Assembly: GCA_044869275.1 (NCBI GenBank)
Contig: JBIOXB010000223.1
Span: 96,001-160,000 of the forward strand
Source: a bacterium
GTDB taxonomy: Bacteria; Zhuqueibacterota; Zhuqueibacteria; Zhuqueibacterales; Zhuqueibacteraceae
DNA length: 64,000 bases
Reading direction: 5' to 3'
Each line of letters opens with the position of its first letter. Positions within the stretch are counted from its first letter, which is position 1. Positions 24,778-33,090 of this stretch are shown in pieces. Under the pieces are notes generated by a model. That model had not been told where the DNA came from. It saw only the letters and a list, made by a program, of their open reading frames with translations, and made no database searches. The translations under genes and the position numbers were made by a program.

Positions 24778-25071
24778 TCAAACCGAGGGTCGCATATTTT
24801 CTTGAATTTTTTCGCGCAGCCAATTCTCAACGAGCCGTGTGGCCGAGAGGCCGTGACGGCGAGCAATGCCCCGTATCTGCCGGCTCATTTGTTTCCTAAT
24901 CGAAATCGTTTCAATCCTGTTTTCATCGGATCCGCTCAAAAGGATTTCCAAATCTGGGGAGACGGCGAATTTCGTGGGCTTGTTGCGCAAGTCCGCGGTG
25001 GAGTGGTTATCCAACCATTCGCCGGCTTCTTTGTAGCTCGCAAAATCAGGTAAATCTCTACGCTTTGGCAT
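24778..25071 (-). CDS. CopG/BrnA-like antitoxin
   Basis: MPKRRDLPDFASYKEAGEWLDNHSTAD...ISIR...IARRHGLSATRLVENWLREKI; overlaps the toxin 3' end. Confidence 0.8.
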   Translation of the reverse strand: MPKRRDLPDFASYKEAGEWLDNHSTADLRNKPTKFAVSPDLEILLSGSDENRIETISIRKQMSRQIRGIARRHGLSATRLVENWLREKIQENMRPSV

Positions 25072-25345
25072 ATCGTCTTCTCTGCCGATGATCCATGTCG
25101 CGTGCACTTATCACCAGCGCAACTTGATTGGGTTTATAGATGAAGAAAATGCTCAAGTATCGTCCCGCCTCGCTCCGGCCATAGGCTCCGAATAGATCTT
25201 CACCGGAAACACGCCCTTTTTCTAATTTCCTGAAGGATGTTCTCCGAGATAGAAAAACCTCACGCAGCTCATTCTCTGTAATACGATGTTTGCGTCGAAT
25301 CTTGTCTGCATATTCATATCAGATGATGACGCGCTTAATATGCAT
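25058..25345 (-). pseudogene. BrnT-family toxin with in-frame TGA at codon 9
   Basis: Manual translation: MHIKRVII*YEYADKIRRKHRITENELREVF...GEDLFGAYGRSEAGRYLSIFFIYKPNQVALVISARDMDHRQRRRYAKA. Confidence 0.85.
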
Positions 25346-25440
25346 TCCTGATCCCCTCAACTTGACGACGGAATCTAATGAACACCCTCTTGCAGAGCAA
25401 TTAATTTCTTGGCACTTTCCTCTTTTCTGTTCACGCCTCC

Positions 25441-25469
25441 TTGCTTTTCTCCCTCACACCTTTTAGATT
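25441..25469 (+). promoter_or_regulatory. Sigma70-type promoter
   Basis: TTGCTT-17 nt-TAGATT upstream of the dipeptidase gene. Confidence 0.55.
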
Positions 25470-25514
25470 GTTTACTGTCTGAACTCTTTTTCCGTTCATC
25501 TCATCGGAGTGAAA

Positions 25515-26789
25515 ATGACCAACTCAAAACACCTTTGGGGTTTGAGCATTATTTTAGCCGCATGCAATTTATCCTGCGGCAGCGCGAGGATTTCTGAAGA
25601 GGAGTTGAGCAAAAACGCCGCGGTGATTCACGAGCGCGTGCTCACACTCGACACGCACATCGACTGGCCCTCACGGCAATTCCGCACCCCGGGCTTCGTT
25701 CCCGGCGAGCGCCACGAGCCGAAAAAACGCCAAAGCGGACAATGGGATTTGGTGCGCATGAAAGAAGGCGGACTGGACGCCGTGTTCATGTCCATCTTCA
25801 CCGCACAAGGCCCGCGCAATGAAGAAGGCCATCGCAAGGCCAAGGAGCATGCGCTCAAATTGATCCAGCTCACCCAGGAATTGATCGCGGATTATCCCGA
25901 ACAAACCGGACTGGCGTTCACTGCTGACGAAGTCGAGCGCATTGTCCAAAATGGCAGCCGTGCCATTCTGCTGGGCATGGAAAACGGCTATCCGATGGGT
26001 GAAGACGTAAAAAATGTGGAATTGTTTTTCAATCTCGGCGTGCGATACATCACCCTGACGCATTCGCGCAACAACGAATTGGGTGATTCCTCCACCGATC
26101 CGACACAGGAATGGGACGGCCTCAGCCCGCTGGGCGAACAAGTGGTGCGCGAGATGAATCGCCTTGGCATCATGGTTGACATTTCGCACGTGCACGACGA
26201 TACCTTTTGGGACGTGATGAAAATCGTGCAAGCGCCGGTGATCGCCTCGCATTCCAGTGCGTGGACCGTGAATGAACACGCGCGCAATATGAAAGATGAC
26301 ATGCTGAAGGAAGTGGCGAAGAACGGCGGCGTGGTGCAAGTTTGCCTGCTGGGCGAATTTATCAAGAAAATGCCGCAGAATCCCCAGCGCGAGGAAGCCA
26401 TGAAACCGTTGCGAGAAATGCGCGACAGATGGCGCAAAGGTGAATTGACGGAGGAGGAAGAAGAAAAGATGTGGCAAGCGACCGCCGAGTTGAATGAAAA
26501 ATTTCCACCGAATCGCCCGAGCTTAAAAGACGGCGTCGATCACCTCGACCACATGGTGAAGATTATGGGCGTGGACCACGTCGGCATCGGGTCGGATTTT
26601 GACGGCGGCGGCGGGTTGATCGATATTGACGATGTTTCCGAAATGCCGAACATGACGAAAGAATTGCTGCGGCGCGGCTATTCCGAGGATGATATTCGGA
26701 AGATTTGGGGTGGAAATTTATTGCGCGTGATGCGCGGTGTGGAGGCAGCGGCCAGGAAACTGCAACAAAATGGCAGACGCTCGGAATGA
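25515..26789 (+). CDS. Membrane dipeptidase (peptidase M19), probable lipoprotein
   Basis: DTHID, GMENG, YITLTH, MVDISH, ASHS and VGIGSDFDGG motifs. Confidence 0.95.
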   Translation: MTNSKHLWGLSIILAACNLSCGSARISEEELSKNAAVIHERVLTLDTHIDWPSRQFRTPGFVPGERHEPKKRQSGQWDLVRMKEGGLDAVFMSIFTAQGPRNEEGHRKAKEHALKLIQLTQELIADYPEQTGLAFTADEVERIVQNGSRAILLGMENGYPMGEDVKNVELFFNLGVRYITLTHSRNNELGDSSTDPTQEWDGLSPLGEQVVREMNRLGIMVDISHVHDDTFWDVMKIVQAPVIASHSSAWTVNEHARNMKDDMLKEVAKNGGVVQVCLLGEFIKKMPQNPQREEAMKPLREMRDRWRKGELTEEEEEKMWQATAELNEKFPPNRPSLKDGVDHLDHMVKIMGVDHVGIGSDFDGGGGLIDIDDVSEMPNMTKELLRRGYSEDDIRKIWGGNLLRVMRGVEAAARKLQQNGRRSE

Positions 26790-26922
26790 AATCAGCCCCG
26801 CTGGTGAAAGTCCTGGCCCTGGCGCGGGCCCTTCTGTTCGAATGAAGAGCGCACGCGCATAGGCCAGGAATTGGAGCCGCAAGAAAATATGCGTTGAAAC
26901 TGATTTTCGCAGCGCTTTTGAC

Positions 26923-27519
26923 TCAGCGCTTCTGGCCGCCCAACAGCGTTCCGAGCAACCCGCCCAGCAATCCGCCTGCTCCCGCTTGCGAACCCTGACC
27001 GCCACCCATGCCGTGCGTGAGAAAACCCGCGACGTCATCCAATATATTGCCGTCACCGTTTTGATCGATCAAATTCGCAATCCCTGCCGAACCGGCGCCG
27101 CCGGTGTTGCGCGTGCGGCTCAACATGCCGAGCAGAATCGGCGCCAGCATGGGAATGATTTTGGTTGCGGTGTTCATATCCAAATTGAAATTCTTGGCCA
27201 GCATATTGGCGGCTTGCGTCCCCGCATCGCCGAGCAATCCGCCCAATTGGGGATCGGCGTTCTGGCTGCCCGCCATGTTTTGAAACAGCCCGCCAATGTC
27301 GTCGAGCACGCTATCGTCGCCGTATTTGTTCAAAATATGATCCACACGCGGCGCGCCGCCGCGTTGCTCCATTTGCCGTTTCAAGCCGCCGAGAATCAAC
27401 GGCGCCACTTGCGGGAGAATTTGATCGGCCGTACCACGGTCAATGCCGAGGTGCGAAGAAAGCTGCTGCGCCACCTCCGGCGCCATGGATCCGACGAGTT
27501 GTTCGAAAAAGTCGTTCAC
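26923..27519 (-). CDS. DUF937 domain protein
   Basis: LAPILLGML...DQNGDGNILDD and Gly-rich GGLLGG tail. Confidence 0.8.
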   Translation of the reverse strand: MNDFFEQLVGSMAPEVAQQLSSHLGIDRGTADQILPQVAPLILGGLKRQMEQRGGAPRVDHILNKYGDDSVLDDIGGLFQNMAGSQNADPQLGGLLGDAGTQAANMLAKNFNLDMNTATKIIPMLAPILLGMLSRTRNTGGAGSAGIANLIDQNGDGNILDDVAGFLTHGMGGGQGSQAGAGGLLGGLLGTLLGGQKR

Positions 27520-27796
27520 GAAATCACCTGCTGAAGATTGGGTCCATCATGAAAAACCTGCCCGTTTGAAACGCCTCTCCAGCGAGACATTTTTCAGGAA
27601 TATCAGGCGGGAGGAGCCTTGTCCGTCGTTGCGCGCCCGCGCAAGTGCAGAACGCCTCCGGTTTTGCGCCAGGTTCGCGCGGCGTGACATTTTCTCAATG
27701 GTATCAATTCTGGCACGATAAAACAAGCGAAAACTCACCTTAAGAGGGCCGGTGGATGCGCACGCCCATGGCATGTGCAGAACTGTTTTGACGCGC

Positions 27797-28834
27797 TCAG
27801 AATCTGCTCAGGATGAATGCCGCCAGCGCAATGAAGGCACACAGCATAACTCCGAGCCACATCTGCTGCATTCTGGCGTGAACAGTTTCGTCCCTGGAGT
27901 CTAGCAGATTTTGCAGCTCCGAGTTTTGCAACGAGATTTCATTCACTTCCTCATGAATTTGTTGTTGAAACTTGCCGAGCGTATCGCCCATGGTTCTTTT
28001 GAGCGCATCGGTGATTGCAGCAATGCGTAGCTCATTGCTGTCTTGCTCCGCTTGAACTTTTTCCTCCATTTCCCTCACTTGTCGCTGCATGGCTTTGGTC
28101 TCGTTCTCCACTGAGACTTCCATCGCATTAACGGAAGAGTGAAAGGTGTCATAAGCGACGTGCATGCGGCGATAAACCTTGTTGATTTGCTCCATATGCT
28201 CAAAATGCTTGCTGCTAAACTTTTCGAAACGGTTATCCAGGTCGCTGGCGCGTGAATTGAAAGCCCGGTGCAGCTCGGCGATGGCATTGTTGAGTTTTTC
28301 GGCCAGGCTTTGCGCATGCTCGATGCTCGCCTTTTTGTATCTGGCGGCGGAGGATTCCAGCGCCTCAATCTTGTCATGCACCTCCCCTGCAATAGACCGG
28401 TCGAGATCAGAACCCAGCGTTTCCATGGTTTGTAACTTTTCATGGAACTCACTGCGCAGCTGATTTACAATCAGATCGAGCTCACGAGGAGAATCCCGCA
28501 GTTGTGCACCGTCATCATTCTGCCATCGCGCGAGAGCTTCAGACGCGGCTTGCAAGGCACGCTGAGAATCCTCTTGAAAGCTTCGCAGCGATTGCAACAG
28601 TTCCTGTTTTAAAGCATGGCCATCGGCATCAAGCGTTAGCATGACAGACTTCAGATCATTCGACCATTGCTCCGCTTCATCGCGCTTCTGCTCGAGGCCG
28701 GCCATTGACGCCGACATCGCCGCCCGCAGCTCTTTGAGCTCGTTGGCGAGATCAGATAGACCCTGGCGTTCTTTTTCGAGTTTTTCCAAGCGCTCGCGTA
28801 CCGCTTCGATTTCCAATGGACTGGTATCCGTCAT
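27797..28834 (-). CDS. Hypothetical long coiled-coil protein with C-terminal membrane anchor
   Basis: E/Q/K/L-rich heptads; hydrophobic last ~20 aa. Confidence 0.75.
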   Translation of the reverse strand: MTDTSPLEIEAVRERLEKLEKERQGLSDLANELKELRAAMSASMAGLEQKRDEAEQWSNDLKSVMLTLDADGHALKQELLQSLRSFQEDSQRALQAASEALARWQNDDGAQLRDSPRELDLIVNQLRSEFHEKLQTMETLGSDLDRSIAGEVHDKIEALESSAARYKKASIEHAQSLAEKLNNAIAELHRAFNSRASDLDNRFEKFSSKHFEHMEQINKVYRRMHVAYDTFHSSVNAMEVSVENETKAMQRQVREMEEKVQAEQDSNELRIAAITDALKRTMGDTLGKFQQQIHEEVNEISLQNSELQNLLDSRDETVHARMQQMWLGVMLCAFIALAAFILSRF

Positions 28835-29160
28835 GTGTTGCCTCGCTACTTTGCAAGTGCATTCTGCACCGCTTGATCTTCAATGCATTGCTGGGTCGTT
28901 GCCCGGAATCGCTCAATGCGGCGATTGGCCGCTAAGCAAAGCTTCTCGCCCAATTCCGGCGTTGTTGCTTCCGCTTCTCATTCGAATCATACGTGCGATG
29001 ATCTCCAGAATCTCTTGCTGTACCAAAACCAAGCTTTGGGTTGGTCGAATCCTGGCGAGACGCTTCAGACTTCGAAGGCCGCTGGAGTCGCTTGGGGCTG
29101 CCCCATTGACACCTGGGACCGTCAGTCCATAACAAGTGAAATCTGTGCTTTTTGAGCAAA

Positions 29161-29246
29161 GAAACCCAAAATCCAAAGCTCAAAATTCAATACCACCTTT
29201 GGGCTTTGTATTTTGAGTTTTTCGTTTCCGGCTTGTCCGGGTTAGG
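29161..29246. repeat. Heptamer-periodic palindrome ending in TCCGGCTTGTCCGGGTTAGG
   Basis: CCCAAAA TCCAAAG CTCAAAA ... TTTGGGC TTTGTAT TTTGAGT, plus a small CCGG hairpin end. Confidence 0.7.
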
Positions 29247-29549
29247 CTTAGCTAAGCTTCTATACCAGCAATATCGTCAGTTTGCGAATACAGTTTTGTG
29301 GCAGGAATTTGGAATTGAAGCATCAGAAGACGATATTATCGGCAGCTTAAATGATGCCACATTTATTCAGCAATGGGAAATCCCCGTTTCATCGCAACAA
29401 CGGAGTGACAACCAACTCCAAATTTTATGGCTGCATATGGAGCAATTTCACGGCGAACAAAATACACCTTGCTTTTAAGAGAAAATTGTGTGATTTTTGA
29501 GGGAGTTTAATTGTGCAGCAACCGCGGTCGTTGCACGCCGAAAGTTCAC

Positions 29550-29966
29550 ATGAATCCTTCTCGCAACAAAAATCTTGTCGTGGCGTTGCTGTTGATTACC
29601 AGTCTATTTCAAGGCTGGCCGTTGGTTGTCGCCACACAATGCAGCATGCTTACGGCCACGGCCCCAATCTGTGGAATGAAATCTGCTTGCTGCTGCGATG
29701 AACCCCAAAACCCGGGTGCGCCGGCCTATGCCAAATGCACCACCGCCAAGAGACTGGCCGGCATGCTGAGCACCGATCCCACGCTGTTGTCCACCAAGGA
29801 AAAAAATGAGAAATCTCTTCTGTCTTGCGTTTGTGACGGGGTGAGTTTCTCAAGGCTTCTCGCGGATGTCGCCTCACCCACTCACTTCTTATTGCACCCC
29901 CACCTGCCCGCCGGGCATCAAGACTTGCCTGCTGTTTTTCTTCTGGGTTGCGTTTTCCGTATTTGA
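29550..29966 (+). CDS. Cys-rich membrane-targeted leader-type protein upstream of the efflux operon (DUF2946/HYC_CC_PP-like)
   Basis: Hydrophobic N-terminus; C-S-M, C-G-M, CCC and CVC motifs; His/Pro-rich stretch; C-terminal FLLGCVFRI. Confidence 0.7.
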   Translation: MNPSRNKNLVVALLLITSLFQGWPLVVATQCSMLTATAPICGMKSACCCDEPQNPGAPAYAKCTTAKRLAGMLSTDPTLLSTKEKNEKSLLSCVCDGVSFSRLLADVASPTHFLLHPHLPAGHQDLPAVFLLGCVFRI

Positions 29967-30170
29967 TCAAGCCTGCCTCGCGAAGTGACGGCAAATGGTG
30001 AAATAGCCCGTCGTCGCTTTCCGCTCTCTGATTCTCTTTCCATAAACAGAGTGTCCGCATCGTCGCCGTTCACGTCTCAGCAGGCGTGAGGGTGGTTCTG
30101 GTTTTGAGCGTATTTGTCAATGACTCTTGTGGCTGTATCAAGCATATGACGGCCTCCCGGGAGATGAGAT

Positions 30171-31418
30171 ATGCACAGATTCACATGGTATTTCATATTG
30201 CTATTTGCTCAGGCGATATGGTCGCAACCGCACAACACGGCCGCGAAGCTTCAGGATCTTCTGCGCGAAGCGAGCGAGCGTAATCCGGAAATTCTTGCGG
30301 CACAGAAAGGATGGCAGGCGGCGCAATCCCGGATCAAACCGGCCGGCACTCTTGCCGATCCGCAAATAGCGTTTCAGGCGATGTACGCGCCCTATCCACT
30401 CGACAATGTTTTCAACGGCGAACGCATCTTCACCTTCTCGCAGATGTTTGAATTTCCCGGCAAGCTCGGACTGATGTCCGGCATGGCGCGCAAGGAATCC
30501 GAGGCAGTGGGCGCGGATCTTGAAACCGTCCGCCTGCGCGTGCTAAAAGACGTGAAAGTAACCTACTTCATGCTTTACCGCGTGGATCGCGAGCTGGAGA
30601 TCAATGCCGAGAACCGCACCTTAATGAAGCAATTCATCGAAATCGCCAGCGTCAAGTATGCCACCGGCATGGGTCTGCAGCCGGACATCATCAAGGCGCA
30701 GGTGGAATATTCGATGCTGGTGAATGACAGCTTGATGCTGGGGCAGGAGCGCGGCTCGGCAGCGGCGATGCTCAACTCGTTGCTTAATCGCCCTCGTGAA
30801 ACTTCGGTGCCGCCAACGGTGGAATTTTTCGATCCGCGGCAGTTCACATTTTCGTTGGATTCTCTTGCGCAGAGAGCTTATGCGCAACGCCCTGAGCTGC
30901 GCAACATGCAGTCAATGGTGGAGATGTATCAACTCTCCGCGCGGCTGGCGCGCAAAGAATATATTCCGAATTTCATGCTCAGTTTTTCACACCGCCAAAT
31001 GCCGGACATGATGAAAAACTTCGATGCCATGATCTCGCTCAACCTGCCGATTTATTTCTGGCGCAAACAGACGCCACGCGTGCAAGAAGCCGAGGCCAAT
31101 TACAGTATGGCAACAGCCAGCCTGCAAGCCATGCGTAACATGGTGCGCTTTGAAGTGGAGAGCGCCTTCTTGAAAGTTGAGCAAGCCGGCCGCAGCGTGC
31201 GAATTTTTCAAAATACCATCGTGCCTCAGGCTGAACAATCCCTGCTCGCCAATCGCGCCGCGTATGAGACCAACAAGGTGGATTTTCTCATGCTGATCGA
31301 TAGCCAGCGCACTTTGCGTGACATGAAGCTGGCTTACTATCAGGCTCTCGCCGAGTTCGGCACGCGGCTGGCCGAACTCGAGCGCGTGGTCGGCGTGGAG
31401 TTGGCAAAAATGGATTGA
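30171..31418 (+). CDS. TolC-family outer-membrane efflux protein (CusC/CzcC-like)
   Basis: ERNPEI, QMFEFPGKL, KYATGMG and AYETNKVDFL motifs; lies upstream of the MFP and RND genes. Confidence 0.92.
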   Translation: MHRFTWYFILLFAQAIWSQPHNTAAKLQDLLREASERNPEILAAQKGWQAAQSRIKPAGTLADPQIAFQAMYAPYPLDNVFNGERIFTFSQMFEFPGKLGLMSGMARKESEAVGADLETVRLRVLKDVKVTYFMLYRVDRELEINAENRTLMKQFIEIASVKYATGMGLQPDIIKAQVEYSMLVNDSLMLGQERGSAAAMLNSLLNRPRETSVPPTVEFFDPRQFTFSLDSLAQRAYAQRPELRNMQSMVEMYQLSARLARKEYIPNFMLSFSHRQMPDMMKNFDAMISLNLPIYFWRKQTPRVQEAEANYSMATASLQAMRNMVRFEVESAFLKVEQAGRSVRIFQNTIVPQAEQSLLANRAAYETNKVDFLMLIDSQRTLRDMKLAYYQALAEFGTRLAELERVVGVELAKMD

Positions 31419-31510
31419 TGGAGTGCTGGAGTATTGGATTTCTCGATCATTGGATTGAAGGAGCTCTCACGCAGTAATTCAATGATCCATCTATCCAACA
31501 ATCCGGCACT
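31411..31510. repeat. Octamer-periodic palindrome
   Basis: TGGATTGA TGGAGTGC TGGAGTAT TGGATTT ... ATCCAT CTATCCAA CAATCC. Confidence 0.7.
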
Positions 31511-31566
31511 GGAACGGCCAAATGAATTTATGAAATTGAAAGAGATCCATAGAGGAGCACAGCGTC

Positions 31567-33063
31567 ATGAAAAAGATTGTACTCGCCATCATTTTCAGCC
31601 TGACTTTGGGTTTGGGTGCCGGTTATTTCATCTTCCGACCGGCGACGGAAAGCGGCACGGCCTCGGAGCGCAGGATTCTCCACTACGTCGATCCGATGCA
31701 TCCGCAATACAAGTCTGACAAGCCCGGCACAGCGCCTGACTGCGGCATGGACTTGGTGCCGGTGTATGCTGACGAGCAGACGTCTTCAGCAGACGGCGCG
31801 AATATTCCTGGCGCGGTGAAAATCAGCGCGGAGAAACAGCAGCTCATCGGGGTTCAAACCGGCTTGGCAGAGTATCGAGACGTCCAAAAGGTGATTCGTA
31901 CCGTCGGAGAGATTACCTACGCCGAACCCAAGCAAGCCTATGTCACCACCAAATTTGAGGGCTACATCGAAGAGCTTTTCGTCGATTACACCGGCAAGCT
32001 CGTCGAAAAAGGCCAACCACTTTTCTCCGTGTACAGTCCGGAGCTGGTCTCGACGCAGGAAGAATATCTCCTGGGCATTAATGCCCAAAAGTCTCTGGAG
32101 AGAAGTTCGATAGGTGAGGTTGCTGCGGGAGCGAGTACACTGCTGGAATCGGCCAGGCGGCGGCTGCGTCTGTGGGATATCTCGGACAAGCAGATTGAGG
32201 AACTGGAACGCAGCGGCAAAATCACCAAGACTCTGATCATCTACTCGCCCATTCGCGGATATGTCGTCGAGAAGATGGCGGTGCAAGGATTAAAAGTAAT
32301 GCCGGGAATGAACCTCTATCAAATCGCCGATCTCTCAACTGTCTGGGTGTTGGCGGATATCTACGAGTACGAAATTCCTTTTGTCAAAGTCGGCCAAGAA
32401 GCGACGGTCATGCTCTCCTATTATCCGGGAGAAGTCTTCAAAGGCCAGGTCACATACATTTTTCCTTATCTGACGCCAGAAACGCGTACTGTCAAAGTGC
32501 GTCTGGAATTGCCCAATCCCGGCGGGAAACTCAAGCCGCAAATGTACGCGAATGTCGACCTGCAGAGCGGCTATGGCAAGCAGCTCACGGTGCCGGAGGA
32601 AGCGGTGCTGGATGCCGGTGAGGAGAAGGTCGTTTTTGTGGTCCGTGAAGGAGGTTACTTCGAGCCGCGACAGGTGGAGGTGGGCGCGAAAGCGCAGAAC
32701 CATTTCATCGTTCTCAGCGGTCTGAAGGAAGGGGAGAAGATTGTGACCTCGGGCAACTTTCTGATTGATTCGGAAAGCCGCTTAAAGTCTGCTTTGAGCG
32801 GGATGGCGGGAATGGGTCATGGCGGCGGTGAGACTGCAGCCCCAAGCCAACCACAGCCGCAAGCTCAGAAAAGCGAACAACCGGATCATTCGCAGCATCA
32901 AATCCCAAAGCAAAACGAATCGAGTGAACATTCCGGGCATGATACGGGGGAGGTTAAACAAGTGAACGGGAAGAAGTACACCTGTTCGATGCATCCCGAA
33001 GTGGTAATGGACGCTCCGGGAAATTGCCCGAAATGTGGGATGAGGCTGGTGGAGAAGCAGTGA
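31567..33063 (+). CDS. cusB: CusB-like RND periplasmic adaptor with heavy-metal-binding domains
   Basis: YVDPMHP...PDCGMDLVP; YSPELVSTQEEYL; FLIDSESRL; C-terminal YTCSMHP...CPKCGMRL. Confidence 0.93.
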   Translation: MKKIVLAIIFSLTLGLGAGYFIFRPATESGTASERRILHYVDPMHPQYKSDKPGTAPDCGMDLVPVYADEQTSSADGANIPGAVKISAEKQQLIGVQTGLAEYRDVQKVIRTVGEITYAEPKQAYVTTKFEGYIEELFVDYTGKLVEKGQPLFSVYSPELVSTQEEYLLGINAQKSLERSSIGEVAAGASTLLESARRRLRLWDISDKQIEELERSGKITKTLIIYSPIRGYVVEKMAVQGLKVMPGMNLYQIADLSTVWVLADIYEYEIPFVKVGQEATVMLSYYPGEVFKGQVTYIFPYLTPETRTVKVRLELPNPGGKLKPQMYANVDLQSGYGKQLTVPEEAVLDAGEEKVVFVVREGGYFEPRQVEVGAKAQNHFIVLSGLKEGEKIVTSGNFLIDSESRLKSALSGMAGMGHGGGETAAPSQPQPQAQKSEQPDHSQHQIPKQNESSEHSGHDTGEVKQVNGKKYTCSMHPEVVMDAPGNCPKCGMRLVEKQ

Positions 33064-33090
33064 ATAGACCATTGAGCCAGAGCAAAAACC

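Noticed and set aside
25319..25321. Selenocysteine or TGA=Trp genetic code
   Set aside because: The position is not Cys-like, and many intact genes in the window terminate at TGA.
28840..29150. Short ORFs upstream of the coiled-coil gene
   Set aside because: Multiple stops and no recognisable motif in any frame.
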